A stretch of 63,970 nt of DNA, the filler included, from Octopus bimaculoides (Eukaryota): the NCBI RefSeq assembly GCF_001194135.2. It is 6 parts of 6 records of this genome, joined end to end, with 100 filler letters (N's around TTAATTAATTAA, not from the genome) between each part and the next. Parts side by side here need not be neighbours in the genome. Positions count along the whole stretch, not along the records: positions 1 to 28,057 come from NC_068986.1; 5 more parts are not named here. One strand, written 5' to 3'. Below the pieces are notes generated by a model. It was not told where the DNA came from. It did no database searches and saw nothing but the letters and a program-made list of their open reading frames with translations. The translations under genes were made by a program, and so were the position numbers. Below are positions 1 through 13,607 of this stretch, in pieces; position 1 is the first letter of the stretch, and each line of letters opens with the position of its first letter.

Positions 1-227
1 TATGAATGTATGTTTGTGTATGTTTATGCTCGTGTGTATGTGAATATATATATATATATATATATGCATACACATATATATATGCATACATATATGCATA
101 CATAATGCATACATAATGCATACATATATGCATACATATATATATGCATACTCTTTTAAACAAAATAATATATTCCTCTATACACAATCATACAAAAAAA
201 CCCACCTTTTTTGTATTTATTTTTACT

Positions 228-265
<38 letters not shown>

Positions 266-2214
266 AACGCGTATGCATATACCTATGTACAGGTGTGTAT
301 TTATATATGCAGGTGTACACAATGAGATGTAAATATATCTGACATTGTTGTGATTAGTTACTGGTGGTACATGACATTGTATGTTTAGGTGTTGCAGTAG
401 CAGTTGTAGTGGTCGTGGTGGGACATAGTAGTAGGCGTGGTGGTGAGAATAGAGGTGATGGTGAGAATAGAGGTGATGGTGGTGCAGATGGAGGTGCAAG
501 TATTATTGATACAGGTAGCAATAGTATTGTTAGTGGTGGTGGGGCCGGACGATAATGGCGGGGTGGAGTATCAAAGATGATGGTGATATTAGTGACAGGA
601 GCGGTGGTGGTGGTGGTGGTGGTGGTGGTAGGGCGTTGCTTGGTTATTGCAATATGNNNNNNNNNNNNNNNNNNNNNNNNNNNNNNNNNNNNNNNNNNNN
701 NNNNNNNNNNNNNNNNNNNNNNNNNNNNNNNNNNNNNNNNNNNNNNNNNNNNNNNNNNNNNNNNNNNNNNNNNNNNNNNNNNNNNNNNNNNNNNNNNNNN
801 NNNNNNNNNNNNNNNNNNNNNNNNNNNNNNNNNNNNNNNNNNNNNNNNNNNNNNNNNNNNNNNNNNNNNNNNNNNNNNNNNNNNNNNNNNNNNNGTGTTG
901 TTGTTGTTGGTGGTGGTAGTGGTGGTAGTGGTGGTGGTGGAGTTGGTGGTGGTGGTGGTGGTGGTGGTAGGGCGTTGCTTGGTTATTGCAATATGGCTTG
1001 TGAACATGAGCAATTCCTTCAAACCCACCTGCACCTTTCTTCCAGTCATTAGCTCCATTCAGAAATCTGGGTCTTTGCTTTTCTCTACTTACCCTCCTGT
1101 ACTACCCCCACTACCACCACCACCACCACCGCCACCACTACCTCCGCCTTGGGGCGGGGGAGCCTTTACCGTGGAACTCAACCTGCTGCAGTTTCATGTT
1201 GATTCGCATCACTTTGATGATATTGCATGGTAGCTGTTTCCATGACTTTGTTACGTCTTTACCACCATTTTATAATTCTGTCAGGGGTAACTTGCATCAT
1301 GTTAGAACATGTTCCAAGAACGTCTAAGTTTTTTTTTTTTTTTATCATTACTCCGCTGGCAATTAACCGTGTCACACCATACTCATTTTTAAAACTGACC
1401 AGATGGAGAAATAAACCGGATACAGCAGTCTTAGGAGAAAAAGCAATCTGACTCCATTTTTTACAATACACTCCACTATAGCTTCCATTGTTAAATTATT
1501 ACCAATGCTGCACATGCGCATTAGCTTCTGAAACACACTGCTTTCGTCGCATGCGCTTTCTCGTCAATATGGCGAATTTATTAGGTTAGGATATATTGTC
1601 TGATCTTGTTATCTCCTACAAATATGTCTTTATTTTTAATACATGCAAACAACAGATTCTTTTAATGCCAGGTCCTCCAAGGTTATTTTCTTTTCACGCT
1701 TTATTTCCTCGTTAATGGTATCTCCGTACTTACAGTACATCAAGAGGAGCTACGTATAGAAGACCAAAGCTCATAACCACCTGAACCATCATCCTTTATA
1801 ACTGATCTCTTCTGATTTGAAGGCAAAATACCCTGACATTTTCACCTGTTCTCAAGCAAATTGTAGCTTTTCTAGATTTTTCTAATCGAAGTCGCTGGAA
1901 TAGTTCATCCAACCAAAGTAAAGTGAGTTTAGAAACATCAGAAATGTTATTTGAAAGTCATGAACGTTGCACGTTCACTACAAGACGCAGTAGGCACCCA
2001 TCCTAATGTCGCCATTTTACATTACGTCAATGCTGGAGCGTCAGAGGTGCGTCAGAGAAAAGAACAAAATACGGATGTGTATGTGTGTGTGTTTTACAAA
2101 TTCTTTGTTTTTGTTATTGAATATATGTATATAGTTTGTGTGTTCGTATGCATGTATATATATATATGAGTGAATCTATGTATGTAGATATGTATACATA
2201 TACACGCTGATATA

Positions 2215-2735
2215 TGACTTTGCTATTTGAAGTTAGAGACAGGCCTGTAGTTTTTGGCATCCGCTCTGCTACCTCTTTTATGGATCGGGCATATTATTCC
2301 TTTCTTCAACTTGACTGGAAGATTGCCACTTGCAAGGAAACTCTGGAAGAGAAAATTGCAGTTATGTTGTTAGGACTCGTTTGCATGATTTTAGGATTGC
2401 TGGGAATCTATCAGGGCCAGTAGTTGAGTTCAAGTTTGTCTCGTCTAAGGCCAGTATTACACCTTTTATATCGACCGTCACTGCCTGCCTTTTTACGGCC
2501 ATAGTGGCAAAGAACTCTGCTGGTTTGCATGCACCCTAGACGGTGGGGTGGAGTGAAAACACTTTTGAATTGTCCATTCAATGTTCTACTTAGTCTTCTT
2601 GTGTTTCCCGTGAGCGAGCCACCCTTTTAGATGAGTGACCCTACTCTGTAATGCAAGAAGGCTGTTCCTTTGATAAATTTAAAGAAGGCTTTAGGGTTTA
2701 ATTTTATATTTTCTATAACCCAGTCTTCTTGGCCT
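2215..2735 (-). mobile_element. CR1-clade LINE fragment (region upstream of and entering RT), degenerate
   Basis: Reverse translation gives IENIKLNPKAFFKFIK...TGPDRFPAILK...GNLPVKLKKGIICPIHKRGSRADAKNYRPVSLTS, matching the CR1/L2 PIHK.G.....NYRPVSLTS motif; stops and frameshifts present. Confidence 0.8.
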
Positions 2736-3129
2736 GCTCTCTCTCTCTCTCTCTCTTTCATAAGAGAGTTGCACATTTTTTCTCAGTTTCCAGTAGTGTT
2801 ATTTTTCAGGCAGGATTTTTCGCTGCTTTTGAGTTGCTTGTTTATAAAGGTAACTTATTCTTCAACTTATCCCTCATCGTTCGCCGATGAAGAATAAGTT
2901 GTGCCTCTACTGAATTATTTGCTCTTGAATTGACGTGTAGATGGCTGAGTACTTCGCAGACACGTGTACCATAACATAAATTCTGAAGTAGAATCAGCGT
3001 GACACGATGTGTGGCAAGACTATACTTTTTGAATTCGAAGCACGATTCACGCGACGAGAGTCTTCGACTCAGTTTCCATTACACCAGTTTTATCAATACG
3101 GGATGGACTGAGTCCACACGATGTAGAAA

Positions 3130-3415
3130 AGAATTATTCAAACCCCCAAAAATTCCTCTCAACACATGGCTCTGATGATCCCCCACTAATTCTGTTCGTG
3201 ATCAGAAATGCACATATCGTCAGCCACTAAGGGATATGCTCAACTAGTTAAGGCTGACAAGCAAATCTGTGGTATTAAGCAGAATATTTGCTGTAGGCCA
3301 TCTTTTATACCAAGACAAAACAATGTACATGATAACACTTCCAATCGTTTAAGATTAGAAGCCATGAAAGCCATTGCCTGGTACTGAATCAGGGCATTTA
3401 TCATCATCATCATCA

Positions 3416-3490
<75 letters not shown>
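3130..3490 (+). mobile_element. Interspersed retroposon ending in a (CAT)n(ATT)n tail
   Basis: Its 3' end aagccatgaaagccattgcctggtactg..tcagg recurs at ~10915-10945, also followed by a trinucleotide tail. Confidence 0.55.
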
Positions 3491-3777
3491 CAACACTTAA
3501 AGAGGTATAACTCTTACTGCAATTAGAATCCCAATAAAGAACAGTCAAGCAGGATTTATGAATGGAATAATATAGANNNNNNNNNNNNNNNNNNNNNNNN
3601 NNNNNNNNNNNNNNNNNNNNNNNNNNNNNNNNNNNNNNNNNNNNNNNNNNNNNNNNNNNNNNNNNNNNNNNNNNNNNNNNNNNNNNNNNNNNNNNNNNNN
3701 NNNNNNNNNNNNNNNNNNNNNNNNNNNNNNNNNNNNNNNNNNNNNNNNNNNNNNNNNNNNNNNNNNNNNNNNNNNNN

Positions 3778-3822
<45 letters not shown>

Positions 3823-3825
3823 ACA

Positions 3826-3865
<40 letters not shown>

Positions 3866-4369
3866 TCCAAACATACTCTCTCTTTCTCTCACCGTATACA
3901 CAAATAAATAAAAAATATAAATACGTATTTTCCCCCGTGTCTCGTGAATAAACTCTTCCAATATATGTTTCTTACTTCCGGCTTGTCTGGAAAATGAAAT
4001 TCTGGCTTTCGAAATGAGTGAATTTCCTACTCTGCTGAGTAAATTTCCTGTTCTCCTTCTTCCTTCTACGGAATGTTGGGTGTTCTCGTTGAAATCTGTG
4101 TGGTAAGAGGTAACTTAGTGGAACCCAAACAGTGGCTGAGGGAGGAGGGGTCGGAGGAGATCGCAAGACACGTAGACAAGCAGTTACTGAAGTAGATAGA
4201 TAGATAGATAGACAAATAAGTATACATACATACATACATACATACATACGTACTTATATTTTATAAATAGGAATGTTTTAAATCATAAGTATTCCCTTTG
4301 AAATACTACGCTAAACTTATACCGCGACACTCATTAAAAATATCTCATTAAAAATATCCTACTGGCATG

Positions 4370-4835
4370 ACATACATGTTAAGCTGACATGCTCTGACAT
4401 AACCTAAATGTTACACAAATCTCTTAAGGTGACACCTGATGAATATTATCCCCGCCTATAATCTGAGAGACACTTACTGATATGCTGGCCTAGATAATAT
4501 ACTAAGATAACCTGTAATGTGACTTAGATGTTACTCTGACCAAAGTGTGTCACGACCCAAATGCAACGCCAACCCATTATTCGAAGTCTGTCGAAACGTC
4601 ACATTAATCTACATTGGGACACAACTTAAACTGTGACACGACCTTTGTATTAAATAGAATGACTGTGAGACTCTACTTAAATATTACATTGACCTATATG
4701 TAATAAAACGTGACAACAATGTTGCCGCGACCTATATTTCGACAATATCTAGACATTACGCTTTGCTTTATGGTGACATGACCTGCGTTTCACAATTGAC
4801 CTACATTCTAACGTGACCTAATTGCAGCTCGACAA
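4370..4835. repeat. Highly decayed minisatellite-like tract
   Basis: Recurrent gtgaca/tgacct/acatgacct-like cores at ~15-30 bp spacing. Confidence 0.4.
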
Positions 4836-5511
4836 CTATTTCTTTATTTATATCAATTTTTCGTCTAACTTTAGAACTTTTGTAATATTTTGAGTCAAAT
4901 ATGTGCTGTTGTGGTGGTATTTGTTCTACATCCACTTACACACGCACACATGCATACACACGCACACATGCATACACACGCACACACACACATTTGTATT
5001 TTCTATTGTCATGGATGTATACTTTATATGTATATGTTTAAATATATATTGTATGTACACATTTATAAGTGTAAAAAGTATTTATGAGTGTGGTGTGTGC
5101 ATGTGTAATATATATATATATATNNNNNNNNNNNNNNNNNNNNNNNNNNNNNNNNNNNNNNNNNNNNNNNNNNNNNNNNNNNNNNNNNNNNNNNNNNNNN
5201 NNNNNNNNNNNNNNNNNNNNNNNNNNNNNNNNNNNNNNNNNNNNNNNNNNNNNNNNNNNNNNNNNNNNNNNNNNNNNNNNNNNNNNNNNNNNNNNNNNNN
5301 NNNNNNNNNNNNNNNNNNNNNNNNNNNNNNNNNNNNNNNNNNNNNNNNNNNNNNNNNNNNNNNNNNNNNNNNNNNNNNNNNNNNNNNNNNNNNNNNNNNN
5401 NNNNNNNNNNNNNNNNNNNNNNNNNNNNNNNNNNNNNNNNNNNNNNNNNNNNNNNNNNNNNNNNNNNNNNNNNNNNNNNNNNNNNNNNNNNNNNNNNTAT
5501 ATATACATATT

Positions 5512-5542
<31 letters not shown>

Positions 5543-6041
5543 GAATTTGTGCTGCAAGATTCCTGATGTGAAACCATGTGTTGAAACAAATATTGTTGCA
5601 TTTTGGGGTGGTCACACGCACCACATATTCGTTCTTCACTCGTTTATTATTGTTCTTCTGTACATTGTTTGGAAGTTTTCGCCACACATCTGTGACCTCT
5701 TCAGCGACCTTTCCCATCCACGTGTATCCTCCTGCTCTGCTTAATCCACTCTGTCCTTCTATGACGTGTATCCTTGTTTGCGTTTGTGTGTGTGTGTATG
5801 CGTATTTATATATTTATCTTATCTACTCCACTCCTTAACTCTTGTATTCTTATTCGCATACCCAGCAACCCTGGTCGCCTACCGTGAAATATAACAGGAA
5901 CTTTTCTCAGTTTATCGTAATTTGATACGAAAAAAAGCCACAATTTTCCGTCTCAATAAATCACAATTGTCCATGAAAGTTTTTTTTTAATATTTACTAC
6001 GGATTGCTTGAAGCTAACTTTCTTCCAACACGTCGATCGGA

Positions 6042-6082
<41 letters not shown>

Positions 6083-6742
6083 ATCAGCTATTCTGATTAT
6101 ATATCTGTGCACACGTTTGAATGTGGTGTGTGCCAGAGGGTTTGNNNNNNNNNNNNNNNNNNNNNNNNNNNNNNNNNNNNNNNNNNNNNNNNNNNNNNNN
6201 NNNNNNNNNNNNNNNNNNNNNNNNNNNNNNNNNNNNNNNNNNNNNNNNNNNNNNNNNNNNNNNNNNNNNNNNNNNNNNNNNNNNNNNNNNNNNNNNNNNN
6301 NNNNNNNNNNNNNNNNNNNNNNNNNNNNNNNNNNNNNNNNNNNNNNNNNNNNNNNNNNNNNNNNNNNNNNNNNNNNNNNNNNNNNNNNNNNNNNNNNNNN
6401 NNNNNNNNNNNGGGGGGGGGGTGATAAAATTACTGCATTCCAGTGACGTAGTGTCGCATCCTGTGGTGAGGTGTATTATAGTTTAGTATGGTGTCATAAA
6501 GAGGAGAATGTGATAGAATGGTGTAGACTATAAAGCGTACAAAAGGCAAGTGTTATATAGTGTGGTAGAGTGGAGGAGAAGACAGTGGTATGGAATAATG
6601 ACGTATGATGGAGCAACGTTTGTTGAGCACAGCGAGGAGCAGTCAGTCATTGCCGTTAACCATCGCATCGAGGTAAACGACCTCACACTTTAACACATTA
6701 CATGCATGTTTTGTCTAATTGCACATATGTTGTCTTTTGTAG

Positions 6743-6790
6743 GGAAAATGAAAAGACTTCGAAGTAAAAGACGGCGGAAAGGAAAGCGAG
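6743..6790 (+). CDS. SMOC: SMOC-like gene: 48-nt basic linker exon (GKMKRLRSKRRRKGKR)
   Basis: ttttgtag|...gcgag|gtaagt; phase 1-1, in frame with the 11096 exon. Confidence 0.6.
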
Positions 6791-6893
6791 GTAAGTAGAG
6801 CAAGGTTACTTGGAATATAAGCATGCAAATATATACACACAAAAATATACACTCGGGCGCACTCACTCATGCACACACTCATGCATATATGTA

Positions 6894-7778
6894 CGAGGGG
6901 AGACCCTAAAGAAACCGGAATTTTGCAGTGTTATCTTATTCACTTAGTTTTACACATTTATAATTTTATCGCCTTCAAAGTATTCTCCATTTGATGCAAT
7001 GCATCGGTCCAGACGCATTTCCCACTCTTCGAAGCAGTCCTGGAACTCTTGCGAAGGGATGCTTTTTAACGCCTCTGTCGATTTTATTTTTCACCTCTTC
7101 CACATCTGCAAAGTTTTTTCCTTTAAGGACTTTTTTTCATTCGAGGGAGTAAGATCGGGTGGGTAAGTGGGGTTATGCCATTTTTTTAAAAAACTGTCTC
7201 AAACTTCCGTGAGCAAACGAGACACAGATTTTGCTGTAACTCTTTTTATTCGCAATTCTTCGCTCGAAGTTCGTTGGCAGGGGCTCCAGGACACACCAGT
7301 CATATCAACAAGTTCTTCAATTGTTCGGTGGCGGTCCGCTAAGACCAGTTTATGAATTTTCATAATGTCTTCATTTGTTCGGGAGGTCGACGGTTGCCCT
7401 GAACGAGGTTGGTCTTCAAGCGGCAAGTGACCATTCCTAAAATGTGAGAACTGCTCGTAAACTTGTATTGTACTCATGGCAGCATCCTGGGAAGCAGTTT
7501 GAAGCATGACAATTATTTCGGCCGCCGTTTTCCTCAGCAGAAAATATTTTCACGAAAGCTCGCTGTTCCTTCATTTCAGCCATCGCAAAAATCGACAATC
7601 AGCAGAGAAGCACTGTAAAACAAAGACGCATCACGTGGCAGTACGACGTCACCCGATGATGACGGTCGGCAGATTGATGCCTGAGGGTCGCATCAAGTTG
7701 CTTTTAGCGGCGGAAGCCTGAACTACAACGGGCTTGTATCACAGAGAACGTTTCCGGTTACTTTGGGGTACCACCTCG
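6894..7778 (-). mobile_element. Internally deleted mariner transposon
   Basis: TA-flanked ~27-bp imperfect TIRs (cgaggggagaccctaaagaaaccggaa vs rc cgaggtggtaccccaaagtaaccggaa); HTH peptide LEDQPRSGQPSTS...DRHRTIEEL; C-terminal RCIASNGEYFEG; no DD34D core seen. Confidence 0.85.
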
Positions 7779-10700
7779 TACATCTATGTACATGTGTGTG
7801 TATATATACGTACATATACACACATATGTAATATACACACAAAATTGTACAACTGTCTCACACGTACACACACTCTGTATATATTCATTTATACGTATAT
7901 AGATATAGAAGTAAATGTAATGATAAGCAAGTTAGGCAGGTCAATATACAAAGGATATTAAATACATGCAATACGAAAAATGTATATGTTTACAAACAAA
8001 ATGGTCCGACTTATACAGAATAGAAATGATATTCTACGATATCAAGAATTAAAGGGGTTGAAGAAAAGTATTACAAATCCAACAGCTGTTTCTGGAGGTT
8101 CGGTGGTCCCAAATAATGTCTGTAGATTGATTCCATCGTCGGATGAGACGATCCTCCATCTTCAGGGAAGAAATCTTACGTATGATGTATTGACAGAAAG
8201 AAGATATATGTATACTTGTATATACACACACATACATCCCAGCATATACGTATACACTCACTCGTATATTGTTATAATAAACTTACTAACGGTTTTGAAG
8301 CTTTACACGCACGCACACACATACATATGTACGTATGCGTATATATATATATATATATATATATATATNNNNNNNNNNNNNNNNNNNNNNNNNNNNNNNN
8401 NNNNNNNNNNNNNNNNNNNNNNNNNNNNNNNNNNNNNNNNNNNNNNNNNNNNNNNNNNNNNNNNNNNNNNNNNNNNNNNNNNNNNNNNNNNNNNNNNNNN
8501 NNNNNNNNNNNNNNNNNNNNNNNNNNNNNNNNNNNNNNNNNNNNNNNNNNNNNNNNNNNNNNNNNNNNNNNNNNNNNNNNNNNNNNNNNNNNNNNNNNNN
8601 NNNNNNNNNNNNNNNNNNNNATATATATATATATATATATACAGTGAGATATATATATATAGCGCGCGCCTACACACACATATTTATGAACTAGCGTCTC
8701 ATGAAGCAACATGGAATATTTGAATAAAACAATCATATATAATCATATGTAAGTATATTTTACACGATCGTCTACATTGGGGCGTGAAAAGACCTTTCGC
8801 TGCGGAAATAGTCGTGGGAGGAAGTCTCCTTACATCCAAAATATTTGAAAACGCATCGGGTAATGAATGACGTCACTGTGCGTTTTCAGCTACCAATACC
8901 GAATTGGTCTTTCACAGCTGGACTATTACAGCAACGGATGGTGTGCACATCCTCGTGTACAGGATATAAATCACGCGATTTATATTGAATGCTATTTCGT
9001 GTCACTTTAGTTGTTTAGTTCTTTCTTGAACAAGTTTTATGCACAAAAGTAGATGTGCTATTTACTGTTTTTACAGATAAAAGCAATCGTTCCTATAGGC
9101 GTGAAAAGCGATTTCGGTATTCGGAGCTGAGAATGCGCAAAACTCATGCTTCCTACGATTCGACAGCATCATTTGTTTGGAGATTTTCTCCTTGGACTGT
9201 TTCTGTAGTAAGTTCGGACATTCGGGTGTTTTGAGGAATGTGGAATCACTTCTTAGCTACTATTGTTCCCAGGTCTGCTCTGGCCTTGAGCAGTAGAACC
9301 TATTAATTCCCAGCTATGGGTTAACTAGCATACGTTGGGACTGCACATCTGAGCGCTGGTACGCTATACTCTTGGTTGTTGTCAGAGTGCGCAGTAAAAC
9401 CACCCTAGATATTGCCACAGCGTCCTTCTCGGAGAAGGATACTGATTTAAAACCTGCGTTTAGCTCGCTTCTGCTTGTCACTAGGTTCTTATCGCGGTGA
9501 CTCAGAGGGTGGTACTCGTGCTGTGGAAACGTGTATCACTAAAAACCAGTGACGCACAAATGTACAAAGTCTTTCATCCTTTAAGGGTACCAGTTGAATG
9601 TGTAACCAGTTCAGTTGATCATACAACTGGAATGATCATCCTAGAAACAGATGAAGATCCATCTCCTTTAGTTAGTGTTTACTCATACACATCAGCAAAT
9701 GTGCCAATGTGGTAATCTCTGTGTGGTTGTTCAATTTCTTAGAAATAACAGCCAAATCTCCCTCACACTATTCTCTAACATTTTAAAAATGAAGGACACA
9801 TTAAATGATGTTGTCTTACATCTTTAATAAAAATACAAAATGTCTCATTCTGGCTTCACCTGGATTTAAACTGAAAGGCATTCGGTGCAATGAGTGTAAA
9901 TACAGAAAAACTTCACAAAATATATGTAAAATATATCTGAAAAATATATGAAAAATATGTAAAATATTAAGACAATTGATGAAAAATATCTACAATGAAA
10001 TTCTATAACAAAACACGCGGGTGAAATAAATCTCGTGGTGTGAAGAATCAACACAACACAACGTGCTGTTGTCATGGTAACAAGCTGATAATGCATTGCT
10101 CTCTGTTGATTGGCTAAAATTACCCAAATTTTCCCAACTTTAATTCCAAATAACAACAGATTCCTTAATTTAAGAGATAAAGTAATTTGTTGATCGTAAT
10201 CTAAATTCAGAGTTACATCGATACACCAAGCTTGAAAGCAATCTGAGCAAAATTAAAGGGGGCTGATTTTGGGAATCAATTTACCTAGATCCTGAACAGG
10301 TCAGGTATAACTTTCAAGATAATGAGCTACTTGCAGACTTGTATGATAGTGGATGCATGAGGCCCAAATGCTACAGCTGTGGAATCCAATCCGACGACGG
10401 GCTTATGTTCGGAGGTGATAGTAAAGAGTGCCTAATACCCTGCCCTGCTTCCAATATATTTAAACAAATAGAAACTGCAACAGTGAGAGCAGCGTCTCAT
10501 TACGAGCAGCAGTGGTAACGAACTAAAATCCAACAACAGCCACAAATTGAAGAGCAACACCACAGATCAAACAACACATCGAGTGAGTGAGAACACTTTG
10601 TCTTCCCAACAAATCAGCGTAAGCTGTATTGATGAGGACTAGACTGTGACATACACAAACTTGTGGCTTGTGTAACAGACGATCCGAAATTATGAACTCC

Positions 10701-10894
10701 CGGTACTATCGCTTTCTTTAAACTAATGCTCTTTTTAAACACGATCTGGATAACACGATGTGTTTTTGTCCACGTCCACCTTGAAAGAAATTCAGTCGGT
10801 AGCTCTCAGACTGTTGGAATTGCCCGTGCAGATTTGCAAGGCTTTTAAACTCTCTCTTATCGAATATTGTCGCAATATACACAACGCTTCCAAT

Positions 10895-11021
10895 CTGTTG
10901 CGATCGAAAGCCATGAAAGCCATTGCCTGGTACTGCATCAGGACATTTATCCTCCTCCTCCTCCTCCTCCTCCTCCTCCTCCTCATCATCATCATCATTA
11001 TTATTATTATCATTATTATTA

Positions 11022-11068
<47 letters not shown>

Positions 11069-11090
11069 GTTGTTGTTGTTGTTGTTATCG
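10895..11090 (+). repeat. Retroposon 3' end followed by a compound (CCT)n(CAT)n(TAT)n(TGT)n microsatellite
   Basis: Direct reading; same 3' end as the 3130-3405 element. Confidence 0.8.
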
Positions 11091-11095
11091 TCTAG

Positions 11096-11206
11096 GATGT
11101 TCGAAATCCGATCGAGAGATGTTCAATACCAATCTCATCAGTGAGTTTGCAGCCGAATATTACCGAGGATCACCGAGACCCACTCAGGTGACCTCTATGT
11201 CATCAG
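11096..11206 (+). CDS. SMOC: SMOC-like exon, start of SPARC extracellular calcium-binding (EC) domain (GCSKSDREMFNTNLISEFAAEYYRGSPRPTQVTSMSS)
   Basis: tctag| acceptor; C..DR..FN.NL...F..EY resembles SMOC/Pentagone EC start; CAG|GCAAGT donor keeps phase 1. Confidence 0.8.
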
Positions 11207-11671
11207 GCAAGTATCTCTCCCTCTTTTCTCTCTCGCTTTTTCCGCCCATGTGAGTGCGCGCGCTCGTGTCTGTGCGTGTGCGTGAATATGAGAGAAAGGA
11301 ACATGGAATCTATATTGGAGGCTAAACAGTTGGTGCGATTTTCAGCCTTTCGTTCTCTACGAAGTTCCAAGCTGGCCATGTAAGTTGCCAACTGCCCATC
11401 TCTCTCTATCTATCTCTCTCTACACACACACATATGTGTGTGTGTATATACGTAAGTATCTTATTGATGTTATAAGAACACACAAACTCTCAAGAGAAAG
11501 CAATTCATTTCTGGAATATTGGCTCCCGAAGCACTTACATAAAGCTATACATAATATTTGTAGCATGTAAAGATTGTGTAGAAAAACCCTTTCGGTTATG
11601 TTTATGTGCGCGTGTGCGTGTGAGTATACACGTACGCCTCCCCTCCCCCACACACAAACACACACACATTC

Positions 11672-11800
11672 ATGGATGCAAGTACGGTCGTGTGGTGAAG
11701 AAGTTTACTTCGCAGCCACAAAGCTTTTGGGTCAACTCTCACCGAGCGGCACGTTGGGCAAGTGGAAATGTCTTCTATGACACTTCCGTATGTTTTGTGA
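11672..11800 (+). mobile_element. tRNA-derived SINE family B, degenerate
   Basis: gtgtggtgaagaagttt...gcggcacgttgggcaagtg, similar to the 61044 copy. Confidence 0.6.
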
Positions 11801-12465
11801 GTGGAATGTTTGTGTTTGTGTTGAGGGGTGTGTCTGCGCATGTGCGTGAATATTGACATTCTACGACTCTGCTTGTCCCTGAACAAAACGGTGTTTTGAC
11901 CTTTATATTCCATGTTGACATTGCAACCGGTCGCTTTGCGTTTTCGAGGACCAATAGAATGCATCGATGTACAATATAAATAACAAAAACCAATGAAAAT
12001 CAAGAAACCGGGAACCGTTTAGTTTCATTTAAAAGACTGCAAACAGGCAGTGATACCCTTGTTGTGGATTCTGTAGAAAACACTTGTCCAAAATCCCATG
12101 TAGTGTGATCAAAGCGGGGCCACGTGGTTGTTGCAAAGTGAGATTCTTAGCTGCACAACCCAGCCCGTGTCTGTGTGTACACCGTAAAAACATCGGAGTA
12201 AGAGGTCATTAGATTGGCTTAAACAAACTTCTACACTTTACGTTTGTATTGGGTACTCCTTCTCCGGATTGTTTTCCAATAGTCGCACATACATACATAT
12301 GTACGGCTATCTCTATTTCTTTATTTGTTTGCCTATCTCTCTGTCAGCCTCACCTTCTCGTTATATCTGTTATCTCTGTCATATACACCTGCGCGCACAC
12401 ACATACATGCACAAATAGACCCGACAATCATTCGTATTATATCCTGATCCCTTCTTTGTCTGCAG

Positions 12466-12708
12466 GTCAAAATAAATCTTCCCAGAATGCAACACGGAAG
12501 CGTATTGTAGAATGGAAGTTTTCACAACTGGACCGCAACAAAGACAACGTGTTGAAATCCGGCGAGGTGAGGTCTCTGAAACGTTTGGTCAAGAAACTGG
12601 TGAAGCCCCGACGCTGTGCCAAAAGCTTCATTGACTACTGTGATACAGACCAAGACAAGAGAATTGTCAGCAAAGAGTGGACATTTTGCTTAGGCCTTAA
12701 CCACAGCA
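12466..12708 (+). CDS. SMOC: SMOC-like exon, EF-hand pair of the EC domain
   Basis: ctgcag|...AGC A|gtgagt, 243 nt, phase 1-1; EWKFSQLDRNKDNVL...KPRRCAKSFIDYCDTDQDKRIVSKEWTFCLG is a SPARC/SMOC EC signature. Confidence 0.92.
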
Positions 12709-13607
12709 GTGAGTATATAAAACTTATCCATCTAACATTGTTGACTCCCTTTCTTGAAGGAAACTTCTAATCAGGGTGTGCTGCTAACATATTTCTAAAC
12801 TACCACACTTTATTTGCACAAACTTGGGGATCTCTGCATGGCCTTTCGTTCTTCAAAAAATAGTGGGCTAATCTCTCTCTCTAATCATGGTCTTACCAAT
12901 AATAGTATTTTGAGTGTAGTGTCTAATGAAAAGATGGGGTGGTTATGGCTGGAGTGTCTCTTACCTTAGATCTGCTCAATTAGGGTCAGCTTGTGGCTAA
13001 ACATCAATCTCTATATATTCGGACCAATGAGGGAGCCTGTAAGTTGTCACCGGATATGCTAGAAATAATTGGCAAACCTCCTTCAAATGATACCTCACTG
13101 TCTTAAAAAACAGATTACAAATGTCGTGTCGGATAGAGTGTGTTTGAAACTAGGTTGGCGATAACTAGAATGTTCTCTGGTTATAGGTTGAGCAACATAA
13201 CAGCAACAACAACAACAGCAATAACAGCAGCAGCTGCAACAATAACAACCTCTCTTTAGCATTTTCACTGTGTTTCCCATAAACACAAGTGTGTTTGCCA
13301 TCCGCACTGTGACCAGTGAACATTTCAGTTAAAATAACATTTCATTACTCCCAGTGACTCTTTTTTAACATCTGGACTTGCAATTATATCAAATACAACG
13401 AGCAATAGAGGGAGCCTCTCGATGGTTACTCAACTTGCTAGAAATAGCAACCGAATCTCGTTCGAATCACAGCCTGCCATCTTAAGATATTAGATAATGC
13501 AATCTTTCGTATGGCTAAAAGCATGGTATGGACACGGCTAGGATGCTTTTTTTGGTCATAAGTCTGCTTGATCAGAGTCAATAATAATAATAATAATAAT
13601 AATAATA

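Noticed and set aside
620-995. Repeat of ggtagggcgttgcttggttattgcaatatg on both sides of a gap, and Gly/Pro/Thr-rich ORFs at 354-1233
   Set aside because: Probable contig overlap; ORFs come from (GGT)n low-complexity sequence
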